Assembly: GCA_001724265.1 (NCBI GenBank)
Contig: MEDY01000158.1
Location: 1 to 64,000 of the forward strand
DNA length: 64,000 bases
Source of the DNA: Rhizaria sp. SCN 62-66
Taxonomy: Eukaryota
Direction: 5' to 3'
A program made the translations under genes and the position numbers. Positions within the stretch are counted from its first letter, which is position 1, and the number at the start of each line of letters is the position of its first letter. The notes under the pieces were generated by a model. The model worked only from the letters and a program-made list of their open reading frames with translations. It did no database searches and was not told the DNA's origin. Positions 14,665 through 26,238 of the stretch are shown here, one piece after another.

Positions 14665-15099
14665 ATGTCCAAGGCTCGTCAGAACCGCCGCAACCGCGCC
14701 CCCGAGGGCTTCGAGATCCTCGCCCCCACGCTCGAGGGCTTCACGCGCAAGATGCGGGAGGCCGAGGCCGAGTCGCTCGAGACGCGGCGCCCCGACGAAG
14801 TGCTGTGGCCCATCCTGCACATCCACCACCAGCGCTCGCGGTACATCTACCAGCAGTACTACGAGAAGAAGGCCATCTCCAAGGAAGTGTACGAGTACTG
14901 CCTCACGCAAAAGCTCGCCGACGCGAACCTCATCGCCAAGTGGAAGAAGCCTGGTTTTGAGCACCTCTGCTGCCTCAAGTGCGCGCAAGCGACGTCGAAC
15001 TTCGGCACGGCGTGCGTGTGCCGCGTACCAAAGAAGGACCTCGCCGCGGACGCAAACTTTGAGTGCAAGTCCTGCGGCTGCCGCGGATGCTCCAACTAA
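14665..15099 (+). CDS. BUD31: BUD31/G10 spliceosomal protein
   Basis: LWPILHIHHQRSRYIY, ADANLIAKWKKPGFEHLCCLKC, CVCRVPK and CKSCGCRGCS are G10 family signatures; stop TAA. Confidence 0.96.
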   Translation: MSKARQNRRNRAPEGFEILAPTLEGFTRKMREAEAESLETRRPDEVLWPILHIHHQRSRYIYQQYYEKKAISKEVYEYCLTQKLADANLIAKWKKPGFEHLCCLKCAQATSNFGTACVCRVPKKDLAADANFECKSCGCRGCSN

Positions 15100-15611
15100 G
15101 GTGCAACGCGCGCAACAGCGGCGTCGATGCCTTCGGAGAGCCAATGCTCCTCCGCCACAGCGCTAACTGCCGCTTTCTTAGCGGTTTTTCCCTCTGCTAC
15201 ATAGTCTTCAAACATACCTCCGTTGCAGCAGTCCCAAAGACGACACAACAACATCTTTTCAGTGCGCTACTGAGGCATCTCAGCGCGCACTGAGTCATTG
15301 TTTGACACTTTCTGCAAGCACACTCGCTTACATGTGCTAGTTTTGCGTGTGTCCTAGATGCTGCATGGTGTGTGTTATTTTTAAATTAGATCCGTAATAC
15401 AAAACAGAATCTCTCTCAATCTCTCTCAATCAACACAAATTCTCTCACGCAAGCCATAAAATTGAAACAAGATATCCACATCAAACGTTCAAAAATAAAA
15501 ATGTTTTCACTATGTATCATTGCATGCTCGCCATTCACCTCTCATTCTCACTCGCCAGCTCGCAAAGCATTGGCCGGCGTCACTCCAGACGTTGTTGACT
15601 TCCGCTCACAG

Positions 15612-16062
15612 TCACTTGGCGTCCGCACTGTCCGCATTGTCTGCGCTCGCAGCCGGCGCACGCGACACGCCCACAATGTGCACACACAAGTTCTCACTCC
15701 CAGTGGCTGCATTTGCATCACTGCCACCAGCAGCAGGAGCAGTCTCAGCGCTCGTTCCAGTGCTCTCTGCGGATGCCTCGGCATTCTCGGCAGCGGTTGC
15801 CTCGTCGCTCTCCTCGCGCGCGCGACTGCGGGCCCGCGTCATGCGCCCCTCAAGCTTGGCCGCATTGGTGCGACCGCTGCCGCCCTGCTGCTTAGCAGCA
15901 GTGCGTGAGGACGCGGGCGCGAGCTCGATGTCGACGCGGAGCCCGTCAAAGAGGAAGTGGTACGCGTGAGCCCCGCGTTCCCGCTGGTGCCGCGACCGGA
16001 AGTCTTGCATAGCGCATAGCTCCAACAGAGTCCGCCGCAGAGCATCCAGTTCACCGTCACCG

Positions 16063-16130
<68 letters not shown>

Positions 16131-17520
16131 GGTGGTGGTGGTGGTGGTGGTGTTGGTGGTGGTGGGGGTGGTGGTGCTGCTGTTGTTCTTCGTTGCTGTC
16201 GAGCTGTTGCTGTTATTGTTGTTTGCATATGAGTAGAAGCGGCAGGGCCACACTGCTGCAGCCGCGGACGCAGCTGCAGAGGCCGCATTGGACTTCCCTA
16301 GCTTCACCGCACTCGCGGCTGCCGTGGCAGAGGCGGCAGCCGCGGCAGAGGCGGCAAGTGCACGGAGCTGCCTCTCGGCGACATCGGTCCACACAGGCGC
16401 CTCGTTCCACGCCGCACGCACTGCACTGCTCTCAGTGCGAGCGCTAGAGCCAGCATCAGCGCTCGAGTGCGCGATTGTGGTCACGGCGTGTGGCTGCGCA
16501 GCGCCGGAGCCCTCGATGACCCAGGCAGGGACGCGGCAGCGCGGGCGGGACTCGAAGTTGCCGAGGTAGGGCTTCACGTCGTAGATCGGGGTGCCGTCGA
16601 GCAGGTCGGCGCCGCCCACGGTCAGCACGGAGCCGTCGGGCGAGACTGAGAGCAGCTCCACCAGAGACAAACCGACTGTGCGAGTCGCAACAAAACAAGC
16701 GAGAAGAAGGTAATGGGAATGAATCAGACTTAATCACGCAAAATGGAGCAAAATAAAGTTGATTTGTAAAATAATAGTAGCTGTTATTTACTATATTCAT
16801 AGTTAGTGTTATTTTCGCGATGGTATGCTCCATAAACGTACTGGGGTTATGGCGGTGCGGGGTGCGGGTTGCGTAAATGCCAACGCGTGCGCCGCCAGCG
16901 CGCGGGGGCGCGACCTTAGTCTTGATAGCCGCCGACGCCGCGTTGGTGTTTTCGTGAAACTCCCAAATCAGCCACACGTGCGAATACGCTGCGAGCCCTT
17001 CAGTGGACTCCCGGGGCGCGATGCGTTTGTCTAGCACGACGCGCGAGCGCACCGAGGGCACCAGTCCGCCCTGGCGCGGAGTCCCGTTGCGCGCGGAGAA
17101 CGGAGCCTCCACGCGCCCAATCGGAACAAACAAACCGCCGCCCGTGCGCGGAAAGCGTACGTTGGCCGCCCCGCGCTCTGCGGCGGACAGCGCGGGCGCG
17201 GTGACGACCGCAGGGCTGCCCGGCGAGCCAGAGGCAGCGTTGGCGTCGCCGCCGTGTCGCACCGCGGACTGCGACTGCTGTAACTGGCGGAGACGCTTCT
17301 CCGCGGTAACGCGGCCTTGACGTTCAGCGGCTACCATTGAGCGCAGATGCTCGACCTCGCTGTCCGACACCGCGGCTGGCGCAGACTGGGCGTCGGGGAG
17401 ACGCTCAACGAGCTTCGGGGAGGACGCGGAGTTGCGGGCGATAATAACGCCGAGGATGAACGCGAAAGTCGATGTAATAAGCACATCAGTTGTATATCCA
17501 TATGAAGATACCTGGCCCAT
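15612..17520 (-). CDS. TRMO: TrmO/TsaA-like tRNA (adenine37-N6)-methyltransferase with N-terminal hydrophobic segment; exons 17520-16842 and 16675-15612
   Basis: PIGRVEAPFSARNGTPRQG, SHVWLIWEFHEN and GIYATRTPHRHNP in exon 1 join IGLSLVEL...GADLLDGTPIYDVKPY after removing a GTACGT...CACAG intron (16841-16676); stop TGA. Confidence 0.9.
16063..16175 (-). repeat. Coding trinucleotide repeats (ACC)n then (AAC)n encoding poly-Thr/poly-Asn in TRMO
   Basis: Long GTT and GGT runs on the + strand within the open frame. Confidence 0.9.
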
Positions 17521-18589
17521 TCCTCGTGATTCTATCGACGATCAAAATACGTTCCAGCAGACTTATCAGCATCGCACCCGACGTGTTTTGTGCAAGCCTT
17601 CGAGCCGTTGGACGACATTCAGGAACAAGCGTGAAAGTCGTGATATGTCGCGATATAAGCAAGGGCAGTACGATTTAGGGTTTGGGTAAATGAGTTATGT
17701 ATGGAATTTATGAATAATACAGGCGCACGTATCTAAGTATCGTTGTGCGGTCCTCTTCCGCCCCAATCCATTCAGCACAGTCTGTTTTGTCGCAACACCA
17801 TAGCACACACGCGCTCACGGGCTGTTACACACTGCAAGATGCTGTGAGTTTAGCGCCCCGTGCTGCTGTAAGCACTCTCCGTGCACACATTGCTCGTTTT
17901 GTTATCGTCTCGCTTGTCATGCGCCACGTCTCATCACCACCCAGCTGCAGCGCCGAGCCCCTTCCCGCATTGACTCACATGCACGCACACGCAGAAACAC
18001 ACGGATAACTCGCCACGCCCGGCGGCAGTGCCGGGGCATAGGAGTGGTGTAAACACGTCGAATGGTGGAGTATCAGGGCGAGAGCAAAGAACTCAGCAAG
18101 CAGAAGAACGAGACAAGAGCGGCGCCACTGATGAAGCGCGACTAAACACCACAAACAAAGCATATCACAGAGAGAGCGAACAAACAGCACAGCAGAGCGC
18201 ACGCCTCAACAGCCACCGCAGAGAGCAGCAACGCATGCACATGTGTACGTGTCAGTGTCGCGTTGCGAGCGCCACAGAGCAGGCGGCGAGATATCGTAAA
18301 ACAAAAGCAAAAGTATCGTGAGTGTGACCATCACCGAAGACGCGGACACGTGGGGGGGAAGAAGAGATACGAAAAAGAAGAGACATAAGAATAATAGTTG
18401 TTTGTTACTACTCGAAGCAGCATCACTACAGCAGAAACAGACAGTCTCACACACGCACAAGCATGCACAACGCACAAGTGGACATCACAGAGACCTTATT
18501 AGTTCATGTGACACTCATGTTCGCGCATGTATGTACGTCTGCATGTGTAGAATGACCGTGTCCTGCTTCGCATCGAAGCATTTAGGCAT

Positions 18590-20569
18590 TTAAGCGGACC
18601 AGAGCTCCTGGACGTAGCGGTTCTGGCGGATCATCTTGTCGACGTAGGTCTCACCGGCGGCCTGCGTCATCTTGCCGTGCTCGACACACAGGTCCACCAC
18701 GGTCTTAAGCACGTCGCGGCCCATGAGCGTGGCGCCGCAGACGTAGATGTACGCGCCGGCAGAGATGAGCTCCCAGGTGCGCGCGGCGTTCTTACGCAGC
18801 AAGTCCTGCACGTAAACCTTCTCGGCCGTGTCGCGCGAGAAGGCGAGGTGGAGCTCGGTGAGCACGCCGGACGCCTTGGCAGCCTCGAGCTCCTCGCGGT
18901 AGATGTAGTCGCGGTCGGCGTTGCGGCAGCCGAAGTAGAGCACGGTGTCGCCGAAGCGGTGCTCCTCCTTGCGCGTGGCAAACTCCTGGATGAAGCCGCG
19001 GAAGGGCGCGATGCCGGTGCCAGGGCCGATCATGATCACGGGAGTGCCGCCGCGGACCGGCAGGCGGAACGACGACTGGCGGACGAACACCACGAGCTGC
19101 TGCGCGGCGGCCTTGGCCACGGGGTCCTCGGCCGCCGAGTCGCAGAGCAGCGCGGATGCCACACCGGCGTGTTCGCGGCCGTGCGGCTTCTCCTTGACGA
19201 GGCGGGAAACAGTGAGCGCCATGCGCTTGGGCTGGACCTTAGCCGAGGACGCGATGGTGTAGTAGCGCGGCTGGAGACGCGGAACCATCTCGAGGAAGTG
19301 CGAGAACGGCATGTCAACGCCCGGGAAGGCCTCGAAGAACTCGAGCCAGTTGTAGCGCTCGTTGTGGAACTCCTCCTTGCCGTCGTGGTCGTTGGCGAAG
19401 TGCTCAAGACGGCGCTTCTCAGACTCGTCGTTGGTGTAGGTCGCGAAGATGGCGGGGAACTTGCCGCGCGGGCATGAGTTGATGTCGCAGAAGTACAGCA
19501 GAGCGTCCTCAACGGAGCACGGGGAAGGCACGTGAAGCTTGCGGTTGGTCTTGGCCTTGACTGCGAAGAGCGCGGACATCTCGACGCCGAGACGGCGCGC
19601 GAGCTTGCCCGCCATCTTAAAGTCGTTGCGCGGGTGGACGCCCGCGTTGTCGGCGGTGCGGTAAGTGAGCTTGGTGGGCGCGAGGTCGAGCTCGAGGTGG
19701 ACGGTGCTCTCGGCGCGGCCGGACACGGGGCGGACCTCGCGGGACTCGGCGACGGTGACGATGGCGGTGGCGTGTTCCTTGGCGGGGTCGTTGAAGAACT
19801 TCTGGACCTTGGGGAGACCACCCTTGTAGTCCTTGGCGGCGGCGGAGTCGGCGGGGAAGAAAGTAACGTCGAGCGTCGAGGTGAAGGCGGCGGCGGCACC
19901 GGCGGCCTGGGCGGAGGACGCCATGTACTTAAGGCGGGCAGCGGCCCAGAAGGCGCCACGCCAGTTGTCGAGGTCCTCCTCCAGAGTGCCGTCGTCGTCG
20001 CCGAGGCCGATGGGCAGGAGGCGTTCGCCGCCCATCGCGGCCATCTCGGCGTCGATGCGCTTGCCGATGGCGCAGAAGTGGCGGTACTGCCGGTTGCCCA
20101 GCGCGAAGACGGCGAAGGTGAGATGCGACATGTCGTTGGGGTCACGCTCGGCGTCGGTGATGTACTCCCAGAAGTTGGCCGCGTTGTCCGTCGGCTCGCC
20201 CTCGCCAAACGTGGCAACAACGAAGACGACCAGCGACTCGTTCGTCAGTGCGGAGGGCTCGAACTCCTCCATGTCAACGGCGCGGGCCGCGAAGCCCTGC
20301 TGGCGGCCCTCCTCGGCAAGGTCGTGCGCGTAATTCTCGGCAGTGCCCGACTGGGAGCCGAAGAGGAACGTGATCGACTGCTTCTTGTCGCCGGACGCAG
20401 CAGCGCCGGAGGCAGAGGAGGCGGAGTTGGAGTTGGACGAAGTGGTCATGCCCTTGGGCTTCTGAACGGCCGCGGGGGCGGATGAGGAGCCGGTGAGGAG
20501 CTTGAAGGCGACGATGAGAGCGACGCCCATGGCCGCAGCCAGGATAACGTCGAGGGCCGCAATAGCCAT
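18590..20569 (-). CDS. POR: NADPH-cytochrome P450 reductase, 659 aa
   Basis: N-terminal TM anchor; flavodoxin motifs FGSQSGTAE, ATFGEGEPTDNA, FALGNRQY; FAD/NADPH motifs LQPRYYTIASS, MIGPGTGIAPFRGF, LYFGCR, KVYVQD, YVCG; C-terminal ELWSA; stop TAA. Confidence 0.95.
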   Translation of the reverse strand: MAIAALDVILAAAMGVALIVAFKLLTGSSSAPAAVQKPKGMTTSSNSNSASSASGAAASGDKKQSITFLFGSQSGTAENYAHDLAEEGRQQGFAARAVDMEEFEPSALTNESLVVFVVATFGEGEPTDNAANFWEYITDAERDPNDMSHLTFAVFALGNRQYRHFCAIGKRIDAEMAAMGGERLLPIGLGDDDGTLEEDLDNWRGAFWAAARLKYMASSAQAAGAAAAFTSTLDVTFFPADSAAAKDYKGGLPKVQKFFNDPAKEHATAIVTVAESREVRPVSGRAESTVHLELDLAPTKLTYRTADNAGVHPRNDFKMAGKLARRLGVEMSALFAVKAKTNRKLHVPSPCSVEDALLYFCDINSCPRGKFPAIFATYTNDESEKRRLEHFANDHDGKEEFHNERYNWLEFFEAFPGVDMPFSHFLEMVPRLQPRYYTIASSAKVQPKRMALTVSRLVKEKPHGREHAGVASALLCDSAAEDPVAKAAAQQLVVFVRQSSFRLPVRGGTPVIMIGPGTGIAPFRGFIQEFATRKEEHRFGDTVLYFGCRNADRDYIYREELEAAKASGVLTELHLAFSRDTAEKVYVQDLLRKNAARTWELISAGAYIYVCGATLMGRDVLKTVVDLCVEHGKMTQAAGETYVDKMIRQNRYVQELWSA

Positions 20570-21005
20570 CGAGCTGCTGTGTGGACAGGCGGAAACAAAA
20601 ACGGGATGGTATTGAAGCGGGTGAGAGCCTTGAAGGGGTGCGAGCGGAGAAAGGCGGGAGTGGGACGAAGACTGGCGTGCTTGGTAGTGCTGACCGTTTG
20701 AGCTAGCGGTTCATTGCGGACGCTAAAAGGCATATTTCGATGTAACCATAAAATAAATATATATCACGTATGTACGTGTTATTCAATTTTCGAAGAAAAT
20801 GTGAACGACGGCTTATAGATGCCGCATTGCATCTATTCCCTCAAGCACCGAGAGTGCGAGTCGCTGACCATCGCCTTCACCGAACTGACCGTGAGTCGAG
20901 TCGCGGTGAACACAGTCACTTCTCCGAGACTGAGAGACTGCCCCGATCGATCGAGAGGTGCTGTGGGAAGGGCTTCTTCTGATCGTCGGGATAGTTTAAG
21001 ATTCC

Positions 21006-22161
21006 ATGACGACTGCACACCGTGCGACTTGGTACGTTATCTGTTTTTCATTTCCGCATAGATCCCGATCTTTCCTTCCATCCGACTCTCTGCGCTCACC
21101 TCTTGCCCTCCGTTCATGCTTCAACGGACACTCTGCGCCCTTGCCCCTTCCCAGGCACCCCGCCGTGGCCTCGCTGTCCAACGGCGGTATCAAGAACCTC
21201 CAATCCGTGATCATTTCCTCTAAGGACATTGCAGGTCATACCAAGCTCAAGTTTCGGTACGTACCTCCCCTCGCAAGCGTTGCCTGCACCTTCTTTGTTC
21301 ATCCCTGTGTCTCGGTACATCCACACACGCTCACTCACCCCCAATCTCTCTTCTGTGTCTTTATTCGCCCCTCACAGTCAAGCTGGCCAGGCTGGCGAGA
21401 GCGAAGTCGGCGCGCGCGACCTCAAGGCGGAGCTCCTGGCCCGCGAGCGGCTTCACTTCGAGAAGGTCGCTCAAGACAAAGCCCGCGCCGGCGGACTCCT
21501 AACCTACTCCGCTCCGGCCGGTTCAGCCGCCGCAGCGGTCCCGGTGTCCGCGGCGGGCGCGGCGGCGGCGGAGGCGGGCGACGCGGGCCCGCTGCGGCTG
21601 CAGGACGTCGACTTCAGCCAGTTTGACGACGCCGACGCCGACCTCGCCCTCTCCAGCGATGAAGACGATGATGATGCCGATGGGAGCAAAGACGGGCCTC
21701 GCACCAAGCGCAGCCGCGCGGCCGCCGCCAAGGGCAGCAACGACGGCGGCGACAGTGACGATGACAGCGACGACGACGACGACGACGACAGCGAGGACGA
21801 GGAGGCTGAGCTCATGCGTGAGCTTGCGCGGATCAAAGCCGAGCGCGCCGCTGAAAAGGCCGCCGCGGAGGCCGAGGCGCGCGCCCGGGCCGACGCCGCG
21901 CTCTTCGACGGCGACGGCGCGGGCGCGGACGCCATTCTTGCCGCGAACCCGATCCTCGCCGCGCAAATGGGGCTCTCTAACAGCACTGGCGCTGGCTCTA
22001 GTGCGAGTGGCAGTGGCAGTGGTGGGCTGAAGCGCCGGTGGGATGATGACGTGGTGTTCCGTAACCAGAGCAGGGATACCAAGGAGACGCAGAAACGCGT
22101 TGTTAACGACGTCGTGCGCTCCGACTTCCACCGCAGCTTCATCAAGAAGTACATTCGTTGA
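21006..22161 (+). CDS. CWC15: CWC15/Cwf15 splicing factor; exons 21006-21031, 21155-21256, 21378-22161
   Basis: Spliced product MTTAHRATWHPA...SSKDIAGHTKLKFRQAGQ...EAELMRELARIKAERA...KRRWDDDVVFRNQ...VNDVVRSDFHRSFIKKYIR. Two GTACGT...CAG introns restore the frame; stop TGA. Confidence 0.94.
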
Positions 22162-22475
22162 GAGGGGCTCGTACGTTTAACGCTAGCGCACTCGCCAGTG
22201 AGCGGACCGTGAGGCTCGGCCAAGGTCTGTCCTGCAGGTCCGGGAGGCCATGATAAAGGCCCACTGCAAAAATACATTAGTTTTTACAAGTTACTCTGCA
22301 TCGTTAATCTATAATACACTGCTATCAAGCTTGCGAACGCAATGTCTTGAAATCGCGCAGCTTGTCGGAAAGCAATGCGGTTGTGGCGAGTGTAGAGGAA
22401 CCAACAAGGACGAGATTTTGTGAAGTCAGATAACGGTGGGTCTTCCGTCAAACGCACTTTTGCGACTAGAACTGA

Positions 22476-24308
22476 ATGGAACCTAGTGTTACTGTATCAT
22501 CCTGTATTCCATGCGCTGACAGTGTGTGTGTGTCCTTCACGGGAGCGCTGGACGAAGCCTTCGATACGAGCGTCCCCGTGCAGGCCGCCGTCGAAGCCAC
22601 AACCTGCGGCCACGCCGTTGCAGAAACGTTGCGCTTTGGCGCCACGGTGGGTCGCAGCGTGGAAGCCTTTTACCTGTCCGCACCGACGGTGACCCCCGTC
22701 ACCGCGGGCTCCTGGGTCGGCTCCGTGCGCGCCGGCAGCGGCGTCAACTGTGATCAAATCTCGCTTTGCCCCCACGGCGCCGGCACGCACACAGAGTGCG
22801 TCGGACACATTACGGTACGTCAAAAATAACATCATAATCTATCTCAGCATCTATTCTACTAATTATGTCGTTGGTTTGTCTTAGACTGTCGTTTTACGCT
22901 CACTGTGTGTTGATATCTGTTTGTCATTCCATACGATCGCTTTCTCGTCTCTCTCAACACGCAGCCTGATGGCCCTACGCTGGCTGCGATGCTCCCGCGG
23001 TCGCTCCTAATCCCCGCGCTGGTGCTTACCGTACCCCCGCGTTCCTACACCGGCCCGCACCCTCCCGCCTCAGTCTCCGCTCAGCCCCTCGCCACTGCAA
23101 CTGCAAGCTCGACTCCGCCTACTCTTACTGGTGCATCTGAAAGCGCAGTGTTTCTGCTGCCGTACCCGAGCGCGCGAGCGGGCGACCTGGTCATCGACGC
23201 GCCCGCCGTGCGCGACGCGCTTGCCGCCGCCCTCGCACCCACAGTTTCCGCGCTGACTCCCGCCGCGCGCGCCGCGCTCCGCACCGCCGGCGGCGCCGCA
23301 CTCGCCGCCATCCAATCTCAGACCGAGACTCAGACCGAGGGCGAAACCTCTCGCAGCGCCGGTGTGGAGACAGCGGATCGCGTGCCCGCGGCGGTGGCTG
23401 CGCTGCTGGGGACACTGGCGCCCTAGGCTCTGGCGTTGGCCGCGGCGGCGCGCGCTATGGTGCTGCGCAGTCTCGCGCCTCAGGCGTATCTCTATCACCT
23501 CTATCACCACCGCAGCGCGAGTGTGAATCGCCGCTCCACTGTAAGCAACCACTCTGCCGCGAGCGGCAGCGAGATTCCTGAAAGCGCACAGTGCTCGCTC
23601 GCTGACGCGTTTGCACACGTGCACCACTCAGCGACTAATGATGCTCACGGCCACTCTGCCGCTGCTCACTGCCACCCCGCGTCGTCCCCGCAGTGCTCCG
23701 CCCCCGGCCGCGTCTGCTACTCGGGATCTAATCCGCCGTACATTACGGCCTGCGCGGCGTCACTCCTCGCCGCGCTCGGCGCGCGCGCCCTCGTCCTCGA
23801 CTTGCCCTCGCCGGACCGCGAAGATGACGCCGGCGCGGTCGCAGCGCACCATGCTTTTTTTCGGTCCCGCTGGTGGCGCGCCGCACGCACCGCCGCTGCA
23901 GACGCCGCCGCCGCCGCCGCTGGAGCGAGCGAGACCGAGACCGCGGCTGCGGGCGCAGATGCGCGCGCGCGGGTGCTTCGGAGCGCGTGTGATGCCGTTG
24001 AGTTGTCGCGATTGCGGGCCGAGCCCGCGACGGTGACTGAGCTGGCCTGGCTGCCTGCTCCGCCCTGCTCCGCCGCCGCTGTCACAGCCACCACCACTGC
24101 CACAGACAGCCAGTCTGCGCGGGTGACTGCGTGTGCTATGTGCGGGGCGCGGGGGCTGCGGGACGGGCCGGCGCTGCTCGCGCTGGGGGTGCCCGCGGTT
24201 GAGAGCGACGCTGCGCCCGCGCGCCCGCTGCTGGCGCCCGCTGTGCTCACGGTCACGCCCCCGGTCTCTGCCCCGCAGCCACAGCCACTGTCGCTGAGTG
24301 GACAGTGA
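22476..24308 (+). CDS. Cyclase family / kynurenine formamidase-like metal-dependent hydrolase; exons 22476-22814 and 22965-24308, with an in-frame TAG at 23424-23426
   Basis: PHGAGTHTECVGHI metal-binding motif in exon 1. GDLVID lies before the TAG; MVLRSL, YSGSNPPYI, LVLDLPSPDREDDAGAVAAHHAFF, TVTEL and ESDAAPARPLL lie after it in the same frame. GTACGT...GCAG intron 22815-22964; stop TGA. Confidence 0.8.
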
Positions 24309-24556
24309 ACAGTGGTCGAGAGATGCGTTTGACAATGCTTGAGTGAAGTGAATGTTGATTACAAAACAGGAATAGTGTATTGGAGCGGGATTAATATTAT
24401 TAGGTTATATTCGCTATGCTTGGGATTTATACCAAGCTATTGACGGTACAACATCAAGTACAGTACCATACTACTATATTAACTTAACGTTCGCAGTCTC
24501 AGTTTGTTCCGCTTGCGGTGGCGGTGCAGCCATTGTCGCAGTTGATTGCGATCAGG

Positions 24557-24598
24557 GCTCGCAACGGTCAGCTCGCAATGGTCAGCTCGCAACGGTCA
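24557..24598. repeat. 14-bp tandem repeat GCTCGCAA(C/T)GGTCA x3
   Basis: Three adjacent copies (24557-24570, 24571-24584, 24585-24598) with one mismatch, between two convergent genes. Confidence 0.85.
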
Positions 24599-24773
24599 GC
24601 CGCAGCGGGATTCAATATCTGTGAGCCAATACAACGTCGATTAGTTTAAGCGGGTCCGAGCACGTCTCTACGCTTATATTAGGGGAATAGATCTCTCGGT
24701 TGATGAATTACATAGCATAATACGAAACAGCGGCGCGATTCGCGTTTCTTGTAAGTTCACACACACGGCTTGC

Positions 24774-25751
24774 TTAGTGCTTCTTGCCCTTGCCCTTCTT
24801 GCCGTTCTTGCCCTTGCCGCTCGGCGTGGACATCAGCTCAGCAGCGGCAGCGTCAGCAGCAGCCTCGGCAGCGGCAGCAGCCTTGGCAGACTCGGCGGCA
24901 GCGGTGTCGAGCTCAGCGGCGGCAGCGGCAGCCTCGGAGGCGGCAGTGGCGGCCTCGGAAGCCTTCTCGGCGGCAGCAGCGTCTGCCGCATCAGCAGCCT
25001 TAGCGGCATCGGCGGCCTCGGCAGCGTCAACAGCCTTCTCGACCGCGGCGGCACCGGCGGCGCTCGCGGCCTTAGCGACCTCAGCGGTCGCCGCCTCGTC
25101 GGCGGCGTTGGCGACGGCGGCCTCGGCGGCCTTGGCGGCGTCGGCGGCCTCGGCAGCCTCGATAGCCTTGGCAACGGCCGCGGCGGCCTCCTCCTCAGCC
25201 TTCTTGGCGGCGGCCTCGGCCTCGGCGGCAGCGGCGACGGCGGCGGCGGCGGCCTCCTCAGCCTTCTTGGCGGCGGCCTCCTCCTCAGCCTTCTTGGCGG
25301 CGGCCTCCTCCTCAGCCTTCTTGGCGGCGGCCTCCTCCTCAGCCTTCTTGGCGGCGGCCTCGGCCTCGACGGCAGCGGCGGCGGCGGCGGCGGCGGCCTC
25401 CTCCTCAGCCTTCTTTGCGGTGGCCTCGGCCTCGACGGCAGCGGCGGCGGCGGCGGCGGCCTCCTCCTCGGCCTTCTTGGCGGCAGCGGCGGCGGCGGCG
25501 GCGGCCTCGTCCTCGGCAGTCTTGGCGGCGACCTGTGCCTTCTTGGCAGCCTCGGCTTCAGCCTTGCTGGTGGCGGCCCCGGCCTCTGCCTTCTTGATAG
25601 CAGCGTGAGCGTCAGCGCTGGGCGCAGAGGCGCCGGCGGACGCGACGGCAACCTTCTTAGAGTTGGTGGCTAACCAGTAAATAGCACCGACCGCGACGGC
25701 CGCGACGGCCGCGCCGACAAAGAACGGACCGAACTTCTTTTGAGAGGACAT
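24774..25751 (-). CDS. Membrane-anchored Ala/Glu/Lys-repeat protein (KKAEEEAAA repeats), function unknown
   Basis: 325-aa ORF with strong codon bias, N-terminal hydrophobic stretch FFVGAAVAAVAVGAIYWLA, 27-nt tandem coding repeats, basic C-terminus; stop TAA. Confidence 0.8.
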   Translation of the reverse strand: MSSQKKFGPFFVGAAVAAVAVGAIYWLATNSKKVAVASAGASAPSADAHAAIKKAEAGAATSKAEAEAAKKAQVAAKTAEDEAAAAAAAAAKKAEEEAAAAAAAAVEAEATAKKAEEEAAAAAAAAAVEAEAAAKKAEEEAAAKKAEEEAAAKKAEEEAAAKKAEEAAAAAVAAAAEAEAAAKKAEEEAAAAVAKAIEAAEAADAAKAAEAAVANAADEAATAEVAKAASAAGAAAVEKAVDAAEAADAAKAADAADAAAAEKASEAATAASEAAAAAAELDTAAAESAKAAAAAEAAADAAAAELMSTPSGKGKNGKKGKGKKH

Positions 25752-26238
25752 CTACAATGCGTACGTCGTAAAAAATGGTTGTGACAAACGAAAAAGAGGT
25801 GAGTGTGCAGCTCAACAGCGGGGTTTCGAGCATGCGCTCGTTGGAAGCAAGTGCCGTCCGCAGTGAACGTAGAATGCGATGTGCGCATTCAACACACGGT
25901 TTTCCATGACATAATAAATAGAGAACACGCACAAACATATTTTATACCACAGAAAAATGAAAATATGCTATTGACGTTAGATTACAAGCGAGATATGAAA
26001 CGAAACCCAACACCGCCACAAACGAATTTCGACACATTTTAAAAAGCACGCACGCAGTTCAATTTCGAAAAAGTCACGGGTCTTCTTCAAGTTCATCGTC
26101 AGATGCGACAGTTTAGGCCTTTTGCAATGTATGTGTATGTCACATGTTTGTTTTCCAAGTTCATTTTCTCACACGGCTGTTCCTGCATCTACGCCGCCGT
26201 TCTTTTCGCTCACCGTGCTCCCAGCCTGAGTCCCCCAG

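Noticed and set aside
24557-24598. Tandem repeat as a CRISPR-like array
   Set aside because: 14-bp units with no spacers, eukaryotic context and no cas genes.
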